Assembly: GCA_028867075.1 (NCBI GenBank)
Contig: JAGWGZ010000002.1
Location: forward strand, 1-48,650
Direction of reading: 5' to 3'
DNA: 48,650 nt
Source: Nanobdellota archaeon
Lineage (GTDB): Archaea; Nanobdellota; Nanobdellia; Pacearchaeales; GW2011-AR1
A program made the translations under genes and the position numbers. The notes below the pieces were generated by a model, which was given only the letters and a program-made list of their open reading frames with translations, had not been told where the DNA came from and did no database searches. Each line of letters opens with the position of its first letter. The stretch's first letter is position 1. This document shows positions 18,778 to 26,233 of this stretch, piece by piece.

Positions 18778-19233
18778 TTAAACTCTTCTCCCTCTCCTCC
18801 CTCCTTTCTTCTTTGGTCCTCCACGAGGTATTTTGGTGACGTCAAGTATATTTAATATCTTAAATCCGGATCTGGAGAAACTTTTTATTATGGCATGTGC
18901 ACCTGGGCCGGGGGTTGGATTTCCTGTTTGAGACCTAATGCGAACATAAAGAGATCTGACGCCCAGGGGAGCAAGCTCCTCTGATACCCTCTTTGCAATA
19001 AACATAGCAATTGTCGGGTTGGCCTTAAGTCGAGAATGTTTTGTGACCATTCCTCCGCTGACTTTTGAAAGAGTGCGACCAGACATGTCTGTTATGTGGA
19101 CGATAGTATTATTGAAAGATGTATAAATATGGGCAATAGCTTCTGCTTCTCTTTTCTTTTTCTCGGCTTTTTCTTCATTCTCTTCCGATTCTTGCTCTAT
19201 GGTTTGTTCTTCCAGTTCATTCACCATTGACAT
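18778..19233 (-). CDS. rps11: 30S ribosomal protein uS11 (with an acidic N-terminal extension of about 30 aa)
   Basis: IAHIYTSFNNTIVHITD...GPGAHAIIKSFSRSGFKI is the uS11 core. The N-terminus is EEQTIEQESEENEEKAEKKKRE. Confidence 0.9.
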   Translation of the reverse strand: MSMVNELEEQTIEQESEENEEKAEKKKREAEAIAHIYTSFNNTIVHITDMSGRTLSKVSGGMVTKHSRLKANPTIAMFIAKRVSEELAPLGVRSLYVRIRSQTGNPTPGPGAHAIIKSFSRSGFKILNILDVTKIPRGGPKKKGGRRGRRV

Positions 19234-19720
19234 TTTCTCCTATTATGGGTAATTTGGGATTCTCTCTTTTTGGACGACTGTTCTTAAGTGAGATCGCTGA
19301 TTCTGCATCAGTACGGACCAGATAAGCAGGGCTGTTAACAATGCCTTCCCCGACAAATATTTTCTTATGCGTAATCATCTGTCTTGCAGATTTTATTGTC
19401 GGTGCGAGTTTTTTTTCAAAAACCAGAGTCTGAAGCCTTCTCTTAAGATAATCCTCCTTGTTTAGGGAAAGAACATCTGCAATGCTGTTTACATCAAGCC
19501 CAATTTTTTTAAGCCTGCCAAAAAACGCACTCTTTTCATCCTCTGAAGCGGAAATCAGGCTCTTGGCTTTTTCCCTTATCACATTAATCTTAGCTTCCGC
19601 TTTCCATATCTCTTTCTTGTTTTTCAATCCAAATTTCTCAACTATAACTGCTTCATCCTGGATTCTCTTCTTATCATACGGGCGTTTGGGCCTTGAATAA
19701 ACTTTATGTTTTCTTTTCAT
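19217..19720 (-). CDS. rps4: 30S ribosomal protein uS4
   Basis: KHKVYSRPKRPYDKKRI... S4 N-terminal and S4 RNA-binding domain pattern, in operon context. Confidence 0.9.
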   Translation of the reverse strand: MKRKHKVYSRPKRPYDKKRIQDEAVIVEKFGLKNKKEIWKAEAKINVIREKAKSLISASEDEKSAFFGRLKKIGLDVNSIADVLSLNKEDYLKRRLQTLVFEKKLAPTIKSARQMITHKKIFVGEGIVNSPAYLVRTDAESAISLKNSRPKRENPKLPIIGENVNGE

Positions 19721-20175
19721 TTTTTACCTTTCTTTTTAATTCCAACACCTCTGCTCCTGTTTCTTCTGAAATTTGCTTTTGTTCTTTGTCCTCTAAGGGG
19801 CAACCCAAGAGCATGCCTTACTCCACGATAATTTTTGATCTGTTTCAATCTTTTGATATCAAACTCTTTGGCTAATTCAAGGTCCGTTCCAGTGAGATGC
19901 CTGTTCTCTCCGGTTTCCCGGTCATTTCTTCTGTTTAAGATATATACCGGGAGCTGGGGCTTTTTAGCAAACTCGGAAATTTTTTTTATTTCGGATTCTG
20001 AGAGCTCACCTATTTTCTTATTCCTCTGAATATTGAGGGAGTGGCAGATTGCATTTGAAAAATTCCATGAAATTCCCTTAATGGTTGCAAGACCCGCATA
20101 AACAGTCATAGCTCCTTCTATGTCTTTTGATAAGATCCTTACAATCCTCTCTGTGCTTTGCTGTTTTGTTTCCAT
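19717..20175 (-). CDS. rps13: 30S ribosomal protein uS13
   Basis: IVRILSKDIEG...YRGVRHALGLPLRGQRTK. Confidence 0.9.
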   Translation of the reverse strand: METKQQSTERIVRILSKDIEGAMTVYAGLATIKGISWNFSNAICHSLNIQRNKKIGELSESEIKKISEFAKKPQLPVYILNRRNDRETGENRHLTGTDLELAKEFDIKRLKQIKNYRGVRHALGLPLRGQRTKANFRRNRSRGVGIKKKGKK

Positions 20176-20176
20176 T

Positions 20177-20713
20177 TTAGTGAATGAAAAGGTTATATCT
20201 TTCCATATCTACAAGTTCTTTAAAAATTCTCCTCTCCACTGCTTTTTGAGGGTCCGGGAGATTGGGAATTCTTTTCCTTATGTCTTCAAAAGATTCAAAT
20301 GGTTTTTCTTCCCTTTGGTTAAGGATATCCTTCATATGCTTTTTTCCTAGTCCGGGAAGAAGTTCAATCTGATGAATCCTTTTGTTTATCGCTTCTGATT
20401 TGTTGAAAAATTCTACAAACTCAGGTTCTCTTTCCTTTACAATTTTCTTTATAAATTCTTCCAATTGCGCTTTCGCAGATTCCGTGAGTTTCTCTCTCTG
20501 AAGACGCCCTCCGATGTAATAAACTTTATCACGCTTTCCTTCACCGATGTAAACCCGTTCACCTATCTCAAATGTTGAATCGCGGCGGGGGATTAATTCA
20601 AGCAGAGTAAGATTTTTCTCGCCTATAGCCTGAACTACAGGAATCATTCTTTTCTCCAGGGGATAACCGTTCGGCAGAAAATCTAATACTATTGCAAATT
20701 CTTCTTTTTCCAT
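20177..20713 (-). CDS. DUF655-family putative nucleic-acid-binding protein (OB + HhH)
   Basis: EEFAIVLDFLPNGYP...LLPGLGKKHMKDIL (HhH). Conserved archaeal L21e-RpoF-DUF655 neighbourhood. Confidence 0.7.
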   Translation of the reverse strand: MEKEEFAIVLDFLPNGYPLEKRMIPVVQAIGEKNLTLLELIPRRDSTFEIGERVYIGEGKRDKVYYIGGRLQREKLTESAKAQLEEFIKKIVKEREPEFVEFFNKSEAINKRIHQIELLPGLGKKHMKDILNQREEKPFESFEDIRKRIPNLPDPQKAVERRIFKELVDMERYNLFIH

Positions 20714-20718
20714 TTTCT

Positions 20719-21024
20719 CTATTTGATAAACTCTTTAACTGTATTGAGGATCTTATGAGACTCATCTTCATCAAGGCTAATATCCACAAAAATTTTATTT
20801 AAGTCTTCAGTTGTTTCTGGCAGGAGGTCTATTATTTTTGAAATTTGATCTGATTTGACCTTCATCAGGTTTAGTTCTGAGATTTTGAGTCTTAACTCTC
20901 TCGCTTTCTTCAGATCAATACCGGAGAATTTTTTTATAAACTTGGTGAGTTCAACAGCATTTTCATTAGATTCAATGAATGCCTTTGATTCTGCCATACT
21001 GAGCGATTCACGGTTAGATATCAT
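20719..21024 (-). CDS. rpoF: DNA-directed RNA polymerase subunit F (Rpo4/Rpb4-like)
   Basis: About 100-aa helical protein between L21e and DUF655, which is the canonical position of rpoF. The call rests on sequence pattern and context only. Confidence 0.6.
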   Translation of the reverse strand: MISNRESLSMAESKAFIESNENAVELTKFIKKFSGIDLKKARELRLKISELNLMKVKSDQISKIIDLLPETTEDLNKIFVDISLDEDESHKILNTVKEFIK

Positions 21025-21025
21025 T

Positions 21026-21286
21026 TTAAGCTGAGAGACTTATCCTTTTAAGATGTGCAGGTGCGATTATGAATTTCTTTTTCTTGTTTTGAGTATTTAT
21101 CTCAACAATGTATGAACCCCCTCTCCTGCCCGACACAACTCCTGTAGAGCCCTGAATTCGCAGAGGGAATCTTGAGTCTATTGAAGGTTCTTTTAAAACC
21201 GCTACAGAATCCCCATTATCAAATTTCCTGAAGACTTTACCCAGCCCAGGCCGTCCATTACTCTCAATTCGTTTTGTTTTGCTCAT
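21026..21286 (-). CDS. rpl21e: 50S ribosomal protein L21e
   Basis: GRPGLGKVFRKFDNGDSVAV...RIQGSTGVVSGRRGGSYIVEI is the L21e SH3-like pattern. Confidence 0.85.
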   Translation of the reverse strand: MSKTKRIESNGRPGLGKVFRKFDNGDSVAVLKEPSIDSRFPLRIQGSTGVVSGRRGGSYIVEINTQNKKKKFIIAPAHLKRISLSA

Positions 21287-21335
21287 GGATTACCAAGAAA
21301 GAGTTCATTTAAAAAGCTATTGATGTCTTCGGCTC

Positions 21336-21533
21336 TCAGGAAAACCTCTTATTCGTGCCGTCAAGAAGATCCGGTCTCATGGGTTCCAGATTTCCTTTAT
21401 CTCTTGCCTCATCAGTGGTCTTTTTTATTGCATCAAACATTTTTTTGCCCCAGACTTTTTCCCCGCACCGATCACAGATTTCCATAGACCGGTCATCAAG
21501 AAGGTCTGTCTGACAATAAACACATCGCCTCAT
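21336..21533 (-). CDS. small zinc-ribbon protein (65 aa), function unknown
   Basis: CVYCQ-x12-CDRCG four-Cys motif. Confidence 0.4.
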   Translation of the reverse strand: MRRCVYCQTDLLDDRSMEICDRCGEKVWGKKMFDAIKKTTDEARDKGNLEPMRPDLLDGTNKRFS

Positions 21534-21630
21534 TTTTTCACCTGATATTGCTTGAGAAGAAATTAGTTTTTAAAGATTTGTATCTTTAGCTGATAGTAAC
21601 GTTTAAAAACTAATTTTAAGCATTAGTAAT

Positions 21631-21828
21631 ATGATAATTCCTGTACGATGCTTTTCATGCGGCAAGCCAATCGGCCATCTCTGGGAAGAGTACAAAAAGA
21701 GAGTGGCTTCCGGAGAAAAATCCGGAAAAGTTCTTGATGAACTCGGCCTTGAGAGATATTGCTGCAGGTCAGTTTTCTTAGGACAGACAGACCTTATAGA
21801 ATTGATAGGAAAATTCAAGAAAGCTTAA
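21631..21828 (+). CDS. rpoN: DNA-directed RNA polymerase subunit N (Rpo10)
   Basis: MIIPVRCFSCGKPIGHLWEEY...ERYCCRSVFLGQTDL. Confidence 0.9.
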   Translation: MIIPVRCFSCGKPIGHLWEEYKKRVASGEKSGKVLDELGLERYCCRSVFLGQTDLIELIGKFKKA

Positions 21829-22081
21829 TTTTCCATCGAGCAATATAACCACAATTGTTGCACGTTACTGATTTCCTTCCGCGATTAATTCTTACTTTTT
21901 CTTTTCCACCATATGGTAGAAAACATTTTTTGCAGAACAACTTTCTCTTCTCACCAAGATTGACTTTGTAATTCATGGCAGTCTTTCTGATCTTTTTAAT
22001 AGACAAAGGCGTATGGATCTTTATATCTGAAAAGAATTCTTCAATCTTTTTTTCAGTTTCTTTTTTTGAAAGTTTTTTCAT
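21815..22081 (-). CDS. rnp4: RNase P protein component 4 (Rpp21/Rpr2)
   Basis: FCKKCFLPY...VTCNNCGYIARWKI zinc ribbon after a basic helical N-terminus, as in Pyrococcus Rpp21. Confidence 0.7.
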   Translation of the reverse strand: MKKLSKKETEKKIEEFFSDIKIHTPLSIKKIRKTAMNYKVNLGEKRKLFCKKCFLPYGGKEKVRINRGRKSVTCNNCGYIARWKIKLS

Positions 22082-22101
22082 GTCCCTTAAATAAAAATAA
22101 A

Positions 22102-22214
22102 GAAGACAGCTTAATGACTTAGCTTCTTTTCGAAACTATAACCATCAACGCAAAGAGCTTAACTTCTGGGTTCGGAATGGGACCAGGTGTTTCCCCTTTG
22201 CTATGGCCGTCTTC
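22102..22214 (-). rRNA. 5S rRNA (orphan, about 113 nt)
   Basis: The minus strand reads GAAGACGGCCAUAGCAAAGGGGAAACACCUGGUCCCAUUCCGAACCCAGAAGUUAAGCUCUUUGCGUUGAUGG...GCUGUCUUC. It has the conserved 5S loop and helix signatures, and helix I closes GAAGACGGC with GCUGUCUUC. Confidence 0.75.
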
Positions 22215-22276
22215 AAAATTTTATCATTCACGACATTTATAAAACTTTTTATAGGGTATAAGTTTAGGAGAATTAT

Positions 22277-22360
22277 GCGGGGGTGCCGGAGCGGTCAAAC
22301 GGGCGAGATTAAGGCTCTCGTGGCTTAGTGCCTGCGCAGGTTCGAATCCTGTCTCCCGCA
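22277..22360 (+). tRNA. tRNA-Leu, class II; anticodon reads AAG under canonical numbering
   Basis: Acceptor GCGGGGG/CUCCCGC, D stem CCG/CGG, anticodon stem CGAGA/UCUCG with 7-nt loop UUAAGGC, variable arm GGC-UUAGU-GCC, T arm GCAGG-UUCGAAU-CCUGU. The architecture is collinear with tRNA-Leu(CAA) at 17910-17993. Confidence 0.8.
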
Positions 22361-22375
22361 TTATTTGCAGATACA

Positions 22376-22837
22376 TTATTGATTTGGGGCTATATCCCCA
22401 CTAGAATCGACAACAATTGCAAAGTCATCTCCAAGATTATAATCATTGTTGTCCGCATCATCGCCCAAAGATCTTTCAATAAAGTAAAGGCTCTGACCTG
22501 AATTCAGAGTATATGACTGATTCACATATCCTGCGGCAATTGCTGTAAGGGTGTAAGTCATAGTTCCATTTGCATTTGTTGTTTTATTAAGATCAAAACC
22601 TGCAAGAGCCTGTTGAGCCTCAGAACTAAGAGTGTCTGAAGAGATTAGATAAGCATATGGGTAGTAAGGGGTGTCTGAAAATTTAACTGCCGAGGAGGGT
22701 AGAGAGGAAGTTCCGGAAACAACATTTGAAGTGACGTTCTTATGAGGGTTAAAGACGATAAAACCAATTACGACCAGAACAACTATGATCGCGATCGGAA
22801 GAATAATCCTTATGGTTCGTGGGCTCTTTTTTTCCAT
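22376..22837 (-). CDS. membrane-anchored extracellular hypothetical protein
   Basis: N-terminal TM helix IRIILPIAIIVVLVVIGFIVF followed by a Ser/Thr/Asn-rich domain. Confidence 0.5.
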   Translation of the reverse strand: MEKKSPRTIRIILPIAIIVVLVVIGFIVFNPHKNVTSNVVSGTSSLPSSAVKFSDTPYYPYAYLISSDTLSSEAQQALAGFDLNKTTNANGTMTYTLTAIAAGYVNQSYTLNSGQSLYFIERSLGDDADNNDYNLGDDFAIVVDSSGDIAPNQ

Positions 22838-22985
22838 TGGGGACTTTAACGATAGTTAATTTATAAAGATTGTGAATTAACTGTCCAAAAATCTGAATAA
22901 AAACATTTAAATATCTTCATTAGAGAATAAGTTTACCTGCGAGTCTGACTCGGCGTTAGCGGGAGTATAGACTTCTGCAACCAAC

Positions 22986-23354
22986 ATGAAATCAAAAACA
23001 AAAATAAACAGGCAATCTGAAAGAAAAAGAAATCCTGAGTTAGTCAAAACTATAAAAGATGCGCAGAAAAGTAGAGGATGGTTCAAGATCTCCGAGATAC
23101 TCGCCTCCCCAAGGAGAAATCATAAGGACATCAACCTTAACCAAATTGAAGAACAAACAAAAGAAGGTGAAACGATTGTTGTTCCGGGCAAAGTTCTTTC
23201 AATGGGGGAGATAAATAAGAAGATTAAAATTGTGGCTTTTAATTTTTCAGATGGTGCCAGGGAGAAGATATTAAAGTCCGGTGGAAAAATATCCACTATC
23301 TCTGAAGAGATTAAAATTAATCCTGATGCAAAGGGGGTCAGAATATTAGGATGA
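22986..23354 (+). CDS. rpl18e: 50S ribosomal protein L18e
   Basis: RKRNPELVKTI...ASPRRN...VVPGKVLSMGEI...V. Followed by L13 and S9 as in archaeal operons. Confidence 0.85.
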   Translation: MKSKTKINRQSERKRNPELVKTIKDAQKSRGWFKISEILASPRRNHKDINLNQIEEQTKEGETIVVPGKVLSMGEINKKIKIVAFNFSDGAREKILKSGGKISTISEEIKINPDAKGVRILG

Positions 23355-23743
23355 GGATCATCGACGGAACAGATGCTGTTCTTGGGAGAATCGCAAGTTA
23401 TGTTGCGAGACTGGCACTAAGAGGAGAAGAAATAAGAGTTATCAACTGTGAGAATATCCTCGTAACTGGCAACAGAAAAGTTTTCATAAGAGGCATTGAA
23501 GAAAAAAGGAGAAGAGTCGGGAGCACCCAAAAGGGGCCAAAGTATTCAAGAAAGATTGAGAGGATAGTCAAGACAACTATAAGAGGAATGCTCCCTGATT
23601 ATAGAGAGGGGCGGGGAAGGGAGGCATTCAAAAGGGTAAAATGTTATCTTGGTATTCCAAAAGAATTTGAAGGTTCTGAAATGGAGAGAATGAAAAAAAG
23701 AATGCCTAAAGTTTATAATAAAATTGGAGATATCCTTCAATGA
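23351..23743 (+). CDS. rpl13: 50S ribosomal protein uL13
   Basis: IIDGTDAVLGRIASYVA...IRGMLP. Confidence 0.9.
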   Translation: MRIIDGTDAVLGRIASYVARLALRGEEIRVINCENILVTGNRKVFIRGIEEKRRRVGSTQKGPKYSRKIERIVKTTIRGMLPDYREGRGREAFKRVKCYLGIPKEFEGSEMERMKKRMPKVYNKIGDILQ

Positions 23744-24153
23744 GCGACAAGATTGGAAGAATAATAACCTCTGGAAAAAGAAAAGCGGCAATTGCAAAAG
23801 CCACAATAAAAGAGGGCAATGGGGAGGTTTTCATCAACAATAGGGATTACAGGACTCTCCAAATATTTGACAAATTCAGAATAGAAGAGCCGCTGAGAAT
23901 CACAAAGGAGGTTGCCGGAAAAACAAACTTTGAGGTTTCAATAAAGGTTTCAGGCGGAGGGCAAAGAGGACAAATTGAGGCTTCGCGATTAGCTTTGGCA
24001 AGAGCTATCTCGGACTTTTTTAAATCAAAAGAGTTAACAGAAACTTTGGAAAATTATGATAGGAATCTCCTAATTGCAGATGTCCGGAGAAAGGAAGCGA
24101 GAAAACCCGGAGATTCTAAAGCGCGTGCACAAAGGCAGAGCTCCAAGAGATGA
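23740..24153 (+). CDS. rps9: 30S ribosomal protein uS9
   Basis: GKRKAAIAKATIKEGNG...GGGQRGQIEASRLALARA...DVRRKEARKPG. Confidence 0.9.
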   Translation: MSDKIGRIITSGKRKAAIAKATIKEGNGEVFINNRDYRTLQIFDKFRIEEPLRITKEVAGKTNFEVSIKVSGGGQRGQIEASRLALARAISDFFKSKELTETLENYDRNLLIADVRRKEARKPGDSKARAQRQSSKR

Positions 24154-24681
24154 TCATTTTATCTTCAACCTTTCCAATTTATTCTGCACGTGGTTAAACA
24201 ACGTCGAAGAGATTATTGGCTGATGAGAACCTTGGAAAACCTGATTGTTAAATTTTATTTTCCCCATATAAGTGAAGTTCTTTAAAATTTTCTTTAATCC
24301 GTTCACAGAAAGATGGTGTTTATGTGCAAGCTGCCTGAGGCTTATTTCATTATTTAGAAAATCTTCAAAGATTTCCTCAACCTCCCTGTAATTTTGGGCT
24401 GGAACGAGATTTTTCCCTTCAATTTTGTATCCAAAGGGTGTTCGAGACATAATTTTTCCATTAGATGCCTTCACCATCATCCCCTTTTTTTGCCTCTGAC
24501 CTGAATTTATAGAATATCTTTTAAAAGTTTCTAGTATCTTTCCGTCAATTTTTTCATTTATGTATTCCAAGAACTCTCTTTCATTATCTGGAGAGAAATG
24601 GTAGCAAATTTCGCACAGATCTTTTCCAAATTTTTTTCTTTTTGGTACACTGCCGCATTTAAAACAGAATCCTTCTTCCAT
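24154..24681 (-). CDS. Zn-ribbon + recombinase-domain protein lacking the resolvase catalytic domain
   Basis: N-terminus CFKCG-x14-CEICY. The C-terminus FGYKIEGKNLVP..EVEEIFEDFLNNEISLRQLA..GLKKILKNFTYMGKIKF..HQPIIS is paralogous to aa ~150-250 of the serine recombinase at 25475-26233. No YxRVS catalytic motif. Confidence 0.6.
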   Translation of the reverse strand: MEEGFCFKCGSVPKRKKFGKDLCEICYHFSPDNEREFLEYINEKIDGKILETFKRYSINSGQRQKKGMMVKASNGKIMSRTPFGYKIEGKNLVPAQNYREVEEIFEDFLNNEISLRQLAHKHHLSVNGLKKILKNFTYMGKIKFNNQVFQGSHQPIISSTLFNHVQNKLERLKIK

Positions 24682-25301
24682 TAGATCACTCCATATTTTT
24701 TAAGTTGCATCATGAATTGTCGTTTATTTTTATATAAGATGGGTTTTACCCCAATTTTCCTCGGGGCGATCAGATTCCATTTCTGATTATCCGTAAATAA
24801 TGCTTCGTGTGCAGAAACATCCAGCTTCCTTAAAGCAACTTTAAAAATTTCTGTTCCGGTTTTTCTTGAGCCAACATCGCAAGATGCGATAACCACATCA
24901 AACTTTTTGTAATATCTATTGTCTAATAATGCCTCTTTTGCGATGCACCATATGTCTGATATAATCGCAATCTTATACCCTTTCTTTTTCAGATCAAGAG
25001 CAAGATGATATAGCCCTTTATCCCGTCTGAAATTTTTTTTATAAGCTTTAAAATAAATCTCCTTTAGGGCTTTCGGGGTTATATTAAGATTCTTCGACAT
25101 TATTGCAACAACTTTCTGGCGAGGTATTGTTCCTGATATTGCGGCGGAGTATATCTCATCTATTGAGTCCATATACTGATCCAAAGACAATTTAAGTTTT
25201 TTAGCTACAAACTCATGAACCCCAATTGCAAACTCTTCCTTTTTTCCAACAGACAAAACACCCCCCAGATCAAAGATTATTGCCTTAAACCTCTTTTCCA
25301 T
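24681..25301 (-). CDS. HAD superfamily hydrolase (subfamily IA, DLG variant)
   Basis: KAIIFDLGGVLS (motif I), ISD (motif II region), and the C-terminal FTDN motif region. Confidence 0.75.
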   Translation of the reverse strand: MEKRFKAIIFDLGGVLSVGKKEEFAIGVHEFVAKKLKLSLDQYMDSIDEIYSAAISGTIPRQKVVAIMSKNLNITPKALKEIYFKAYKKNFRRDKGLYHLALDLKKKGYKIAIISDIWCIAKEALLDNRYYKKFDVVIASCDVGSRKTGTEIFKVALRKLDVSAHEALFTDNQKWNLIAPRKIGVKPILYKNKRQFMMQLKKYGVI

Positions 25302-25302
25302 A

Positions 25303-25473
25303 TTAGTTCCTGTTAATTTTGTTTAAATTATTTTTCATGAGCTCTCTCTGATTCAAGAGCATAAGTATAACTGCACCGATAAGAAACATCCAGCTAACTG
25401 CAAAAGTTAGGACAATGCATGCCAGCGCAAGTAGAGAAAAGACCACAATTCTCGGATTCTTTATTTTTATCAT
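25303..25473 (-). CDS. 56-aa membrane peptide (below the ORF-track cutoff)
   Basis: Hand translation: MIKIKNPRIVVFSLLALACIVLTFAVSWMFLIGAVILMLLNQRELMKNNLNKINRN. It exactly fills the gap between the recombinase stop and the HAD start, leaving 1-nt spacers on both sides. Confidence 0.45.
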   Translation of the reverse strand: MIKIKNPRIVVFSLLALACIVLTFAVSWMFLIGAVILMLLNQRELMKNNLNKINRN

Positions 25474-25474
25474 C

Positions 25475-26233
25475 TTATTTTTTATTTATTCTGCCTTGAA
25501 CTAATTCAAATAATTCTCTTGGTATCAGGGGTTCATGATTTCCATTTGATTCTTTTCCACTAAATTTTACTTTTCCAATATAAGTTGAATTCCTTAGTAG
25601 TTTTTTCAAACCAGTAGTGGTTAACTTATTCTTTTTTGCCAGTTTTGTCAGACTGATTTCTGAATTTAAAAATTCATTAAACAAGCTCCTCACTTCCTCA
25701 GCTTCTTTTTCATCAATCAAAAGTTGCTTATTAATCAGCCTGTAACCCCTTGGTGCTTTTGTGATAAAACCACCTTCTTTTGCCTTCCTCTCCATCCCAA
25801 ATTTTGTCCTGTCCCCAATTATGTTCCTTTCAAATTCAGCAAATGCACCAATAATCTGGAACATAAGCTTTCCGCTGGCACTGGCTGTTTCAATTTTATC
25901 CTGCAGAGAAATAAAATCAATGTTCCATTCCTTTAATCTATCAATTGTCAAAATTAAATCTTTGAGGCTTCGAGAGAATCTGTCCAGCTTGTAAATGAAA
26001 ATTGCCTGAAACTTCCTTGACTCAGCATCCCTAAGTAATTGCATCATTTCCGGCCGGTTTAAGTCTTTTGCAGATTTTCCTTCATCCCGATAAATCTTGA
26101 ATATCTCATAACCAAGTGCCCGAGCATAATTTTGCAGTGCTTCTTCCTGGGCATCTAAGGAAAACCCATGTTGGGCCTGATCTTGGGTTGAAACTCTAAT
26201 ATAAATTGCTGCTAGGGGTTTATTCGGGGTCAT
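25475..26233 (-). CDS. small serine recombinase (resolvase catalytic domain + recombinase domain)
   Basis: AAIYIRVSTQDQ (catalytic Ser), YKLDRFSRS, FAEFERNIIGDRTK, then the recombinase-domain motif NSTYIGKVKF. 252 aa, with no zinc-ribbon or coiled-coil domain. Confidence 0.85.
   Translation of the reverse strand: MTPNKPLAAIYIRVSTQDQAQHGFSLDAQEEALQNYARALGYEIFKIYRDEGKSAKDLNRPEMMQLLRDAESRKFQAIFIYKLDRFSRSLKDLILTIDRLKEWNIDFISLQDKIETASASGKLMFQIIGAFAEFERNIIGDRTKFGMERKAKEGGFITKAPRGYRLINKQLLIDEKEAEEVRSLFNEFLNSEISLTKLAKKNKLTTTGLKKLLRNSTYIGKVKFSGKESNGNHEPLIPRELFELVQGRINKK

Noticed and set aside
18037-24153. Fragmentation and inversion of the archaeal S13-S4-S11-RpoD / L18e-L13-S9-RpoN gene string as a notable rearrangement
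   Set aside because: The pieces are individually intact and are merely separated by tRNA, 5S and other translation genes. Such operon shuffling is common in reduced archaeal genomes and points to no specific mechanism here.
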